From an uncultured bacterium (GTDB lineage Bacteria > Planctomycetota > UBA1135 > GCA-002686595): DNA of 64,000 bases. The translations under genes were made by a program, and so were the position numbers. Within the stretch, counting starts at the first letter, position 1. Each line of letters opens with the position of its first letter. Shown here in pieces: positions 1-9,207 of the stretch. Below the pieces are notes generated by a model, which was not told the origin of the DNA, did no database searches, and worked only from the letters and a program-made list of their open reading frames with translations. Where the stretch lies: assembly GCA_943787795.1 (NCBI GenBank), contig CALSNU010000001.1, positions 256,001 to 320,000 of the forward strand. Reading direction: 5' to 3'.

Positions 1-1253
1 GCCTCCCCGGCGCAAAAGAAGGCATGGCGGTGGAGGACATCACCATCGCCGGCGTCCTCAAGGATCAGGGGTACGCGACGGGGCAGTTCGGCAAGAATCA
101 CCTCGGCGACCGCGACGAGCACCTCCCGACGAATCACGGGTTCGATGAGTTCTTCGGGAACCTGTACCACCTCAATGCGGAGGAGGAGCCCGAGCACGAG
201 GACTACCCGAAGGACCCGGAGTTCCGAAAGAAGTACGGGCCCCGTGGGGTCATCAAGTCCGTTGCTGGAGGTCCGATCGAGGACACCGGCGCGCTGACGA
301 AGAAGCGCATGGAGGTCATCGACGACGAGTCCAGCGCGGCCGCGATCGACTTCATCCGGCGCCAGCACGCCGAGGGCAAGCCCTGGTTCTGCTGGTGGAG
401 CGGGACGCGAATGCACTTCCGCACCCATGTGAAGGAGGAGCTGCGCGGCATCTCAGGGCAGGACGAGTACTCCGACGGCATGGTCGAGCACGACATGCAC
501 ATCGGCCTGTTCCTCGCGCTGCTCGACGAGTTGGGCATCGCCGACAACACGCTGGTGTTCTACTCGACCGACAATGGACCCCACATGAACACCTGGCCGG
601 ACGCGGCCATGACGCCGTTCCGTGGCGAGAAGAACACCAACTGGGAGGGCGGTTGGCGTGTGCCTGCAGCGGTCCGTTGGCCGGGCAAGATCGCCGCAGG
701 TTCCGTGAGCAACGGGATCGTCCATCACATGGACTGGCTCCCGACGTTCGCGGCCATGGCAGGCAAGGACGACATCAAGGAGGACCTGTTGGACGGGTAC
801 ACCTCGGCCGCGCTGGGCCGCGACTACAAGCTGCACCTGGACGGGTACAACCTGCTCCCGCACCTGACCGGGGAGAGCGCTGAGTCTCCGCGCAAGGAGG
901 TCTTCTACTTCTCCGATGACGGCGACCTGACCGCGCTGCGTTACTCGGACTGGAAGATGATCTTCATGGAGCAGCGCGTGGAAGGGACCCTCCAGGCCTG
1001 GGCCGAGCCGTTCGTCCCGCTGCGGGTGCCGCTGATCTTCAACCTTCGTCGGGACCCCTACGAGCGGGCCCAGAAGACCTCCAACACCTACTACGACTGG
1101 TTGATCGACCGGGTCTACCTGTTGGTCCCCGCGCAGGACTACGTCGGCAAGTTCCTGGGCACCTTCCGGGAGTATCCGCCGCGGCAGGAGGCGGCGAGCT
1201 TCTCGCTCGACAAGGTCCTGGAGACCCTCAAGGAGGGGAGCGGGTCCAAGTAG
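1..1253 (+). CDS. arylsulfatase (5'-truncated by window edge)
   Basis: Frame is open from the window start (LPGAKEGM...). Sulfatase motifs GYATGQFGKNHLG, HGFDEFFG and TDNG are present. The catalytic CxxxR motif would lie upstream of the window. Confidence 0.9.
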   Translation, partial: LPGAKEGMAVEDITIAGVLKDQGYATGQFGKNHLGDRDEHLPTNHGFDEFFGNLYHLNAEEEPEHEDYPKDPEFRKKYGPRGVIKSVAGGPIEDTGALTKKRMEVIDDESSAAAIDFIRRQHAEGKPWFCWWSGTRMHFRTHVKEELRGISGQDEYSDGMVEHDMHIGLFLALLDELGIADNTLVFYSTDNGPHMNTWPDAAMTPFRGEKNTNWEGGWRVPAAVRWPGKIAAGSVSNGIVHHMDWLPTFAAMAGKDDIKEDLLDGYTSAALGRDYKLHLDGYNLLPHLTGESAESPRKEVFYFSDDGDLTALRYSDWKMIFMEQRVEGTLQAWAEPFVPLRVPLIFNLRRDPYERAQKTSNTYYDWLIDRVYLLVPAQDYVGKFLGTFREYPPRQEAASFSLDKVLETLKEGSGSK

Positions 1254-1262
1254 GACGGGGCT

Positions 1263-1300
1263 GCGACGCGTCGCTCGGCCGAGCCCGAGCGCCGCGTCGC
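1263..1300. other. GC-rich stem-loop just after the arylsulfatase stop
   Basis: Arms GCGACGCGTCGCTCGG (1263-1278) and CCGAGCGCCGCGTCGC (1285-1300): 16 bp with one mismatch, 6-nt loop. Confidence 0.55.
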
Positions 1301-1334
1301 TAACTGGCCCCTGCAGCGAGCCCGAGTCTGAAGA

Positions 1335-1368
1335 AAGGGGCGCAGCCGCCAGCGGCTGCGCCCCTTCT
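1335..1368. terminator. probable intrinsic (possibly bidirectional) terminator
   Basis: Perfect 15-bp inverted repeat AAGGGGCGCAGCCGC-CA-GCGGCTGCGCCCCTT between convergent genes, A-rich on the left flank and T-containing on the right. Confidence 0.7.
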
Positions 1369-1601
1369 GTGTGTCAGCGCCCGTGCGGCTTCGAGCTCCA
1401 CCTGCGGCGGGAGGGCGTCTATTCGCGCGGGTGGGTACGCGGGCCTCAGCCACGTCTAGGCGGTCCTCGCAGCCGGGGGCGCCGCCGTCGAGATCAAGCG
1501 TCCCGAGGTGGCGATTCAGGCCCCGGAGAGCAGCGGTCAACTCCAGCGCTTTGAACAGCTCGTACGCTTCGGTGCCTGGCGAGACGCCAGGCGCGGTCAC
1601 C

Positions 1602-2540
1602 CTACGCGCGACCCGGCCACTGCTCCCACCAGGCCCGGAAGAGGGCGTACTGCCGCTCGATGAAGTGTCTCTGGCTCGGGTTGAGCGCGTCTTCCTCGTT
1701 GAAGTGCATCGCGTAGTTCTCGTTCCCGGTCAGCACCATCAGGTGCTTGTAGTAGAGGACGAGGTCTGGCCCTTCATCGAAGGTCGACAGCACCTTGAGC
1801 GCCGCGTCGAGCTCGGCGGCGTGCCGCCGAGCAACAGGGTCCCCCTCGGCGGCGGCCTGGCACAGTTCCACGAGGCGCAGGGTCTCCCTCGGGATCGCGT
1901 TGCCGATGCCAGTGATCGCGCCCGTGGCGCCGCAGTTCACGTACCCGTGGAAGACCTGGGTGTCGACGCCGACCATCAGCGTGAGGTCTTCAGAGGAGCT
2001 CGTGATGTGCTCGGCGGCGTAGCTCAGGGACTCTGCACCGCCGAACTCCTTGAAGCCGATGAGGTTCTCGTGCCGCTCGCGCAGGTCGAAGAACAGGTCG
2101 GCGCGGGTCTCGAAGCCGTAGTAGGGGCTGTTGTAGATGACCGCCGGGAGGTCCGGCGCCGCGTCGAGGATCGCATCGAAGTGGTGCCGCTGCGCCGCCG
2201 CGGAGGTCCCGCGAGAGAGGACCCTGGGGATCACCATCAGGCCCGCGGCGCCGACCTCGGCTGCGTGGGTCGCGTGGGCGACGGCCGCCCTGGTGTTGAC
2301 GGCGCCGGTGCCCACGATCGTCGGTACGCCGGCCGCGACCAGGGCGGCGACGCCAGCCTGGCGCTCGTGATCGGTGAGGAGCGGCCAGTCGCCCATCGAG
2401 CCGCAGTAGACGACCGCGGACATGCCGGCGTCGACGAGCTCTCTGCCCTTTGCGGCGAGCGCGTCGAAGTCCGGGGATCGATCGATCCTGCACGGCGTCA
2501 TGAGGGCTGGCATGCAGCCGCTGAAGGTGGAGACGTTCAT
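1602..2540 (-). CDS. dihydrodipicolinate synthase-family protein, likely 1-pyrroline-4-hydroxy-2-carboxylate deaminase
   Basis: DHDPS/NAL-family features (PALMTP, GSMGDW, YNSPYY, Schiff-base Lys in GFKEFGG). Specificity is inferred from clustering with a hydroxyproline epimerase. Confidence 0.8.
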   Translation of the reverse strand: MNVSTFSGCMPALMTPCRIDRSPDFDALAAKGRELVDAGMSAVVYCGSMGDWPLLTDHERQAGVAALVAAGVPTIVGTGAVNTRAAVAHATHAAEVGAAGLMVIPRVLSRGTSAAAQRHHFDAILDAAPDLPAVIYNSPYYGFETRADLFFDLRERHENLIGFKEFGGAESLSYAAEHITSSSEDLTLMVGVDTQVFHGYVNCGATGAITGIGNAIPRETLRLVELCQAAAEGDPVARRHAAELDAALKVLSTFDEGPDLVLYYKHLMVLTGNENYAMHFNEEDALNPSQRHFIERQYALFRAWWEQWPGRA

Positions 2541-2624
2541 GGGGTCGTTGTCGTGTGGCCGTGGCGGCCCGCTAACGGGGCGATGCCGAGTTTCGTGTCG
2601 GAGCCTCGCGGGGCTCGCTGGACG

Positions 2625-3503
2625 TCAAGTGGAGGACTGGTGTGCCGCGAGCATGGTCTCGAGGACGGGCTTCTGTGCGCGGATGTGGTGTGAGAGGGCC
2701 TCGCGCGCCTGGGCCCAGCGACGGGCCTTCACACTCTCGAGGATCTCGACGTGCTGCTTGGCCATGGCGGCCACCGCGCGGCCGCTCAGCGTCGCGTAGT
2801 CGAAGAGGGCGCTGTAGAAGTGACCGTTGGTCTCGAAGAACGACTCGATGTAGCGGTTCTGGGCGCATGCGATGAAGTACCCGTGCAGGTCGTTGTCGAT
2901 GCGCGACGCCCGCGCGACCCTGGGCGTGTTCCCGGCGAGCATCTCATCGATCCTCGAAGCGTCGATCCGCGACCGCGCCAGGTCCAGCGCCTTGAGCTCG
3001 AGGGTCTCTCTCACATCGATGTAAGCGTCCATGTCGCCCATCCGGAAGGCCGGGACCTGCCAGCCGCGGCGGGGGACGTGCTCCAGCAGGCCGCCGCCAG
3101 CCAGGCGGGTGAGGACCTCACGCACGCGGGTGCGGCCCACGCCCAGCCGTTCGGCCATCGGCTCCTCCCGGATGAAGCCCTCACGGCCGGAGGCTCCGAT
3201 GCCCACCAGCTCCTCGGCCACCCGGTGCTCCAGCGCCTCGTTGGAGACCAGCGCCTTCGGGGCCCTGACCTTGGACCCCCGCCGCGCGGGCCTCGCGCCC
3301 TTCACCAGCCGGGCCGCGAGCCGGCCGTTGGCCTGCTTGACCACGAGCTTCTTCTCGATCAGGGCGTCCACGGCCCTGCGGACCGGAGTGGCGCTGACGC
3401 CGTAGAGGCTCGCGATACCCCCGAGCGTGAGCTTCTCAGGCAGGCCTGCCCCCTCGCGTATGCGTGCTTCGAGGTCCTGTTCGATGTAGGTGGAGATCTT
3501 CAA
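2625..3503 (-). CDS. GntR-family regulator with two tandem winged-HTH domains and a C-terminal FCD domain
   Basis: HTH1 IASLYGVSATPVRRAVDALIE; HTH2 MAERLGVGRTRVREVLTRLAGGGLLEHVPRRGWQV; FCD-type DNDLH and QHVEILESV. TTG start. Confidence 0.85.
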   Translation of the reverse strand: MKISTYIEQDLEARIREGAGLPEKLTLGGIASLYGVSATPVRRAVDALIEKKLVVKQANGRLAARLVKGARPARRGSKVRAPKALVSNEALEHRVAEELVGIGASGREGFIREEPMAERLGVGRTRVREVLTRLAGGGLLEHVPRRGWQVPAFRMGDMDAYIDVRETLELKALDLARSRIDASRIDEMLAGNTPRVARASRIDNDLHGYFIACAQNRYIESFFETNGHFYSALFDYATLSGRAVAAMAKQHVEILESVKARRWAQAREALSHHIRAQKPVLETMLAAHQSST

Positions 3504-3551
3504 GCCAGTCGATGGCAGCCGGCGGCGGGGAGGGCGCGGGCCGGCCCCCGA

Positions 3552-5129
3552 TCAGTTGATGGACTCCTGGGTCCAACGCCCGTCGACTTGGCGCCAGGTC
3601 TCCCGGGGGTTCTCGTCGCGGAGGCCCTCGGGGAGTCGCTGGGGGCGCACCTGGTCGTAGCACTGCAGCATCGCGAAGCGCGCCATGGAGCCGGGCAAGC
3701 CCACGGCGGTGAAGCCCGGGTGGGCGGTGGCGGGGTACGGACCCCCATGGTTCATGGCCGGTGAGACGGCGACGCCCGTCGGCATCTGGTCGTTGAGGAG
3801 CCTGCCGACGCGCTGGCGCAGCGGCGGTTCGATCGATGAGTACGCGGCCTCATCGCTGCCATCCTTCGCGGAGTAGACGCAGCCCGTCAGGTTGCCTTCG
3901 AGGGCTCGGATCACGTCCACGCTCTGCGCAGTGGACTCTGTCACGACCACCAGCGTGGCGTTCCCGAAGGCCTCTGCCTGGAGGGCCTGCGGGCTGCCGA
4001 GGAACGTCGCGCCATCCGCCCGCAGCACGGTGTTCTGGTAGGAGGCGGGAGCCCCGTCCACCGCGCCGCCGCCCGTGAGCACTTCGGCGCCCGCGGATCG
4101 GAGGTCGTCGATGGCGCTCGCGAGCCCATCGCGACCACTGGACGAGAAGAGGGTTCCGTTCGGCGCGGCCCCGAATGCAGACGTGAGGGAGGTCATGAAC
4201 GCGTCGGCGTCCGCGCCAGATTCGACCAGCACGAGGCCCGGGTTGGTGCAGAACTGACCCGTCCCCATGAGGCAGCTCCCGGCGAGCTCCGCCGCGATCT
4301 CATCCCCGCGTTCGCGGAGGGCTCCAGGGAGCACCGCCACCGGGTTCACGGAGCCGAGCTCGAGATAGATCGGCGTCCCCGCTGCGTCGGCGGCCTCCTT
4401 GAGCGCGAGTCCGCCGCGCTTGGAGCCGGTGAATGCGACGGCCGCGAGGCGAGCGTCCTGGACCAGGCGCTCTCCGTCGGCGTGGTCCAGGTCGTATAGC
4501 AGCTGGACGGTCGCGGGGGGGAGGCCGGCCTCGGTGGCTGCTTGATGGGCCTCTTCTGCGAGCAGCCGCGTGGTCTCGGGGTGCAGAGGGTGGGCCTTGG
4601 CGATGACCGGGTTCCCCGCGGCGATCGCGGCGGCGAAGTCGCCCCCGGAGACGCTGCCGAAGGCGAGGGGGAAGTTGTTCGGGCCGAAGACCGCGACCGG
4701 CCCGATGCCGGCGAACTGCGTCCGGATGTTGGCGGCCGTGTCGATGACGGGGCGAGACCAGTCACCGGAGCGCGCAGCGGCAGCCGCTTGCCGCAGTTGT
4801 CCGGTCGTGCGCGGGAGCTCGCCGGCCGAGAGGCGGGGCGCGAGGGGCAAGGCGGTCTCGGCATGCGCCGCGGCGCAGATCTCGTCGGAGCGGCGCTCGA
4901 TCCGGTCGGCGTAGCCCTCCAGGAACGTGGCGATGGCGTCCGGGGTCACCGAGCGGAGGGCCTCGAACGCCCCGGCTGCCGCCTCGAGCGCTTCGTGGCA
5001 ATCGCTCCACTTGCTGGTCGGAAACTTCGGGGCCAGCGCCTCCCCGGTGAGGGGGCTCTGGGCCTGGAACGTGCGGCTTGCGTCTGCGTGACGCCAGTCG
5101 CCTGCGATGAGGACCTGCTGGGTCGTCAT
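3552..5129 (-). CDS. NADP-dependent aldehyde dehydrogenase, alpha-ketoglutaric semialdehyde dehydrogenase type
   Basis: FGPNNFPLAF, GGDFAAA, KAHPLHP, FTGS, ELGSVNP, catalytic GQFCTNPG, HGGPYPA. Start moved to ATG 5129 (MTTQQVLIAG). Confidence 0.88.
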   Translation of the reverse strand: MTTQQVLIAGDWRHADASRTFQAQSPLTGEALAPKFPTSKWSDCHEALEAAAGAFEALRSVTPDAIATFLEGYADRIERRSDEICAAAHAETALPLAPRLSAGELPRTTGQLRQAAAAARSGDWSRPVIDTAANIRTQFAGIGPVAVFGPNNFPLAFGSVSGGDFAAAIAAGNPVIAKAHPLHPETTRLLAEEAHQAATEAGLPPATVQLLYDLDHADGERLVQDARLAAVAFTGSKRGGLALKEAADAAGTPIYLELGSVNPVAVLPGALRERGDEIAAELAGSCLMGTGQFCTNPGLVLVESGADADAFMTSLTSAFGAAPNGTLFSSSGRDGLASAIDDLRSAGAEVLTGGGAVDGAPASYQNTVLRADGATFLGSPQALQAEAFGNATLVVVTESTAQSVDVIRALEGNLTGCVYSAKDGSDEAAYSSIEPPLRQRVGRLLNDQMPTGVAVSPAMNHGGPYPATAHPGFTAVGLPGSMARFAMLQCYDQVRPQRLPEGLRDENPRETWRQVDGRWTQESIN

Positions 5130-5205
5130 GGACTTGTTGGGGGAGGTGCCTTTGGGTCGCCCGCGAGGGGTGTAAATCGAGCTCGCCGGTGGGTGAGCGC
5201 GAACT

Positions 5206-5225
5206 TGTTTTTGTACACAAAAACA
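5206..5225. promoter_or_regulatory. candidate GntR operator TGTTTTTGT-AC-ACAAAAACA
   Basis: Perfect 9-bp inverted repeat, strongly AT-rich in GC-rich DNA, in the divergent promoter region. The core GTACAC resembles the GT-N2-AC core of GntR/FadR-type operators. Confidence 0.75.
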
Positions 5226-5382
5226 CGCACGCGCGGCCATGGGAACCCATTTGCTTGCGAGACTCTTGGCGAGTCATAGGCTCGACGCGCCTCTCCCCGT
5301 GCGCCGGCGACCCGGCGTGGCCGCCACTGCGTACGGATGACCGCGCCTCCGCCGGGCGCTCAGATCGCCTCACATGCTGCCC

Positions 5383-6411
5383 ATGCACACCATCGACGTC
5401 ATCGACTCCCACACCGGGGGAGAGCCCACGCGCCTGATCGTATCGGGCGGGCCGGAGCTGGGCCGAGGGCCCCTCCGCGAGCGGGTGGCCAGGTTCCGCG
5501 CAGATTTCGATCACATCCGGAGGGCTGTGACGCTCGAGCCGCGAGGGTCAGACGTGCTGGTGGGAGGGTTGATCTGCGAGCCGCACGACGAGACGTGCTC
5601 CTTTGGGGTCATCTTCTTCAACAACGTCGACTACCTCGGGATGTGCGGTCACGGGACGATTGGCCTGATCAACAGCCTCCAGCACCTCGGGCGGATCGAG
5701 CCTGGCGTTCATTCAATCGATACCCCCGTGGGTAAGGTGACGGCAGACCTCGCGCCAAGCGGCGTCGTGAGCGTGAAGAACGTCAAGAGCTACCGGCTCG
5801 CCGCCGGCGTCGAGGTCGACGTCCCCGGACTCGGCACGTTCGCTGGAGATGTGGCCTATGGGGGCAACTGGTTCTATCTCGTCAGGTCCTACCCCGACGG
5901 ATTGAGCGTGCCGGAGCTCGAGGTGGAGCACCACGCGCGCTGGACCGAGCTGGGGATGCGCCTCAGGGCCTCGCTTGCCTCCAGCGGAATCACCGGAGAG
6001 GGCGACGCCGAGATCGATCACGTGGAGTTCTTCGGCGCGCCAGCGGACCCGCAGCACGACTCCCGCAACTTCGTCCTCTGCCCCGGCGGCGCGTTCGATC
6101 GGTCGCCCTGCGGCACGGGGACAAGCGCCAAGCTCGCGTGCCTGGCCGCGGACGGCGTGCTGGGACCGGGGGAGTCCTGGGCGCAGGAGAGCATCATCGG
6201 TAGCGTCTTCACGGGCAGCTATCAGGAGGGCCCTGAGCCCGGGGTGATCTTCCCGACGGTCTCCGGCATGGCCTTCGTCAGCGCGCAGGCGAGCCTGATC
6301 ATCGACCCGCGCGACCCGCTCCGGCATGGCTTCGCCGTCTCCTCCGCCGTCTCCTCCGCCGTCTCCTCCGCTGGCCCTTCTATTGGCCCTTCCACTGGAG
6401 CCCCCGAATGA
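5383..6411 (+). CDS. 4-hydroxyproline 2-epimerase (proline racemase family)
   Basis: IDSHTGGEPTR, both catalytic Cys motifs (GMCGHG and DRSPCGTGTSA), RNFVLCPG. Alternative start at 5374. Confidence 0.88.
   Translation: MHTIDVIDSHTGGEPTRLIVSGGPELGRGPLRERVARFRADFDHIRRAVTLEPRGSDVLVGGLICEPHDETCSFGVIFFNNVDYLGMCGHGTIGLINSLQHLGRIEPGVHSIDTPVGKVTADLAPSGVVSVKNVKSYRLAAGVEVDVPGLGTFAGDVAYGGNWFYLVRSYPDGLSVPELEVEHHARWTELGMRLRASLASSGITGEGDAEIDHVEFFGAPADPQHDSRNFVLCPGGAFDRSPCGTGTSAKLACLAADGVLGPGESWAQESIIGSVFTGSYQEGPEPGVIFPTVSGMAFVSAQASLIIDPRDPLRHGFAVSSAVSSAVSSAGPSIGPSTGAPE
6334..6405 (+). repeat. 12-bp tandem repeats in the epimerase 3' tail
   Basis: GCCGTCTCCTCC x3 (6334-6369), then three related 12-mers GCTGGCCCTTCT / ATTGGCCCTTCC / ACTGGAGCCCCC. 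Encodes AVSSAVSSAVSSAGPSIGPSTGAP. Confidence 0.85.
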
Positions 6412-7727
6412 GCGTGTCCTCCGCCGGCATCACAGGGAAAGAGGGCGACGGCCTGGCCTCCGGGGACGGAGCTTCCGGCGACTCGGTCCTCGTCATTGGC
6501 GGTGGCGTGATCGGTGGAATGTGCGCTTGGTACCTCCACAAGGCGGGCTATCGGGTGACCGTGATGGATCAGGGCCAGTTCGGAGCCGCGTGTTCCCACG
6601 GGAACTGCGGCTATGTCTGTCCGAGCCATGTCCTGCCGCTCTGCCAGCCGGGCGCCATCGCCAAGACGATGAAGGCGATGCTGCGGCGAAACTCGCCCTT
6701 CGCCATCAAGCCTCGGGCAAGCCGGGCGTGGATCGCGTGGTTCTGGAACTTCATGCGAGCCTGCGAGGGGGGCCGGATGATGAAGACGGCGGCGGGTAAT
6801 CACGCGCTCCTGCAGTCCTCTCTCGAGCTCTACCGCGACCTGGTCAAGGAGGAAGAGATCGACTGCGACTGGCAGGAGCGCGGCCTGCTCTTTGTCCATG
6901 ACAACGTGGCCGACTTCGAGGCCTACGCGGAGACCGATGAGCTGCTCCGCGAGCACTTCGGCCAGGGGGCGACGCCCTACGCGGGGGATGACGTGCTGAG
7001 CCTCGAGCCGGCGCTCAAGCCAGGCCTCGGCGGAGCCTGGCACTACGAAGGGGACTGCCACCTGCGACCGGACATGCTGATGGCGGGTCTCCGCCGTCGC
7101 CTCGAGGCGGGGGGCGTTCAGTTCATCGAGGGCCAGGCGATGGAGGGCTTCCGCCGCGAAGGGTCGACGGTGCGCGCCGTGGTCTCGGGGGGCGAATCGA
7201 TCGAGGCCAGCCGGTTCATCGTCGCCACCGGAGCGATGACCCCGATGCTGAATGACCACCTCGGGTTCAAGATCCCGATCGAGCCGGGCAAGGGATACTC
7301 GATCACCTCGGCCCGTACGGACCACATGCCGGTTCATCCGATCATCTTCGAGGATTCCCACGTGGCGGTGACGCCGATGAGCACAGGCTTCCGTGTCGGG
7401 TCGACGATGGAGTTTGTTGGCTACAACACCTCGATCCATCCCCGTCGGCTGGGGCTCCTCACGGCGGCCGCGAAGAAGTACCTGCGGGGCTCGGTGCCCG
7501 ACGAGGTGGAGGAGACGTGGTACGGGTGGCGCCCCATGGTCTGGGACGGGCGTCCGATCATCGACAGGGCGCCGGTTCATGACAATGTCTGGATCGCCGC
7601 CGGTCACAGCATGCTCGGCCTGAGCATGGCCACAGGGACCGGCCGTCTGATCTCCGAGTTGGTGTCCGGCGACCATCCCCACGTGGATCCCGAGCCCTAT
7701 CGGGCCAGTCGGTTCATGTCATCGTGA
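6408..7727 (+). CDS. FAD-dependent D-amino acid dehydrogenase (DadA/DAO family), likely D-hydroxyproline dehydrogenase
   Basis: VLVIGGGVIG Rossmann motif, CSHGNCG, PGKGYS, WYGWRP, GHSMLGLS. ATGA overlap with the epimerase stop. Confidence 0.85.
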   Translation: MSVSSAGITGKEGDGLASGDGASGDSVLVIGGGVIGGMCAWYLHKAGYRVTVMDQGQFGAACSHGNCGYVCPSHVLPLCQPGAIAKTMKAMLRRNSPFAIKPRASRAWIAWFWNFMRACEGGRMMKTAAGNHALLQSSLELYRDLVKEEEIDCDWQERGLLFVHDNVADFEAYAETDELLREHFGQGATPYAGDDVLSLEPALKPGLGGAWHYEGDCHLRPDMLMAGLRRRLEAGGVQFIEGQAMEGFRREGSTVRAVVSGGESIEASRFIVATGAMTPMLNDHLGFKIPIEPGKGYSITSARTDHMPVHPIIFEDSHVAVTPMSTGFRVGSTMEFVGYNTSIHPRRLGLLTAAAKKYLRGSVPDEVEETWYGWRPMVWDGRPIIDRAPVHDNVWIAAGHSMLGLSMATGTGRLISELVSGDHPHVDPEPYRASRFMSS

Positions 7728-7806
7728 TGGACACCGGGCCCGCTCTGGGCGGGCTCCAGGGGGGCGAGGTCGTGGGTGACTCATGGAGACACGCCCTGCG
7801 TGGTCC

Positions 7807-8493
7807 TCAGCCGAGCAGGGTGAAGTGCCAGACCCGTCCGGGGCGGAGCCTCAGTCGGATGACCTGGCGTTCCTGGTCTTCGGCGCCGACCTCCAGTTCC
7901 AGCACGCACTCCCCGGCGCTCTCCAACTCGGCATGGGTCACCTCGAAGAAGAGCACGAGGGGCTCGTGAGCGGAGACGTTCAGCGTCGACCCTGGAGCGG
8001 GCAGTGGAGTTCCGAGATCACCCTCTTGGCCGTGGACGGACCAGGCCACCGGCGAGAGCGGCGCCTCGATGCCTCCGGGCAGGATTCGGACCGCTCGTGG
8101 GTCGATCGAGTGGGTCGCGGTGGGCAGTTCGGCGCCCCAGGTCGACTCGCCTTCGTAGGCCACTCGGAGGGCGAGCGAGACCCGGGTGTCCTCCTCGTCG
8201 GGGCCTATGCCGAAGGTGGGCAGGACCGGCAGCAGGACGCCGAGCGCCCAGATGGAGGTGCTCCGGTCGCGGATAGAGAGGTGCAGGCCCTCGGGGGAGA
8301 GGGGCACGGTCGCGACCTTGCCAGCCCCGCTCAGGATCACGTTCATCCCCGCGAACCGTCCGGCATGGTCGGAGACCGTCACCTCCACCCCTGCTGGTCG
8401 TTCAAGCTCCACGGGCGCCCAGCGCTTCGAGGAGGAGACGAGGGCGCAGCTGGAGAAGAAGAGGGGAGCGAGTAGGGGCAGGGCGCGCTTCAT
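7807..8493 (-). CDS. hypothetical lipoprotein
   Basis: MKRALPLLAPLFFSSC lipobox-like N-terminus; normal protein-like composition. Confidence 0.65.
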   Translation of the reverse strand: MKRALPLLAPLFFSSCALVSSSKRWAPVELERPAGVEVTVSDHAGRFAGMNVILSGAGKVATVPLSPEGLHLSIRDRSTSIWALGVLLPVLPTFGIGPDEEDTRVSLALRVAYEGESTWGAELPTATHSIDPRAVRILPGGIEAPLSPVAWSVHGQEGDLGTPLPAPGSTLNVSAHEPLVLFFEVTHAELESAGECVLELEVGAEDQERQVIRLRLRPGRVWHFTLLG

Positions 8494-9207
8494 GGTCGAT
8501 CATCCCGGATGAGAGACGCTGCAAGGGAGAGGCCACCGTCGATGGCACTCATCTCGCCTGACGTCGTTCCTGGTCAAGAGGGTGCACTTCTCCGGCGACG
8601 GACAAGGGTCGAACTGAAGTCCAAGCGACGAGACGGAGTCCGCCGTCCTTGTGAACTCCCTTCACCGCAAGCGTGTCCGCCCGCCATGGTCGCGATGGCG
8701 AGTCGGCTGATCCGTGCTGCCAGGCATGACGGTCCCAGTCGAGCTTGTTCGCGTCGGTGTCCTTCGCGGCGTTGAGGTCCTGGCCACCCGGCTGATGCCG
8801 GCCGATGGGCACGCCTACGACCCGAGGCTCCTTCGACCCCGCAATGACGTCAACCTGATCCTTCACCGTATTCGCCGGGTTGTCTGGATCAACGGCCGGG
8901 TCATCTGGATCGACGGCAGGGCAGCTGGGGATACGCCAGACGGGCCCCCTTGCTTCAAGAGACGCAGCCAGAGTGGTCGTTGCCGCGATGCAGCTCCCGG
9001 AGTCTCCCCAAGGTCGAACATCGTCCAAGGATGATCTCAGGGACGGGTCTCGAAACGGTACTCGAGGCCTGCAGGCAGGGTCGGCTGCTCCGTGGCGATC
9101 CAGCGACCTTCCTGGGCGGGGCGTTCAACTCAAGATCCGTGAGTCCAGAGTCGAGGGTGAAATACCAGGTAGATCCCCGTAAGGCACGAGGGGTTCGCTC
9201 CATCCCC

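Noticed and set aside
1371..1601. Protein-like stretch YELFKALELTAALRGLNRHLGTLDL on the minus strand
   Set aside because: The ORF runs through the terminator into the sulfatase and I recognise no family; it may be a remnant but cannot be supported.
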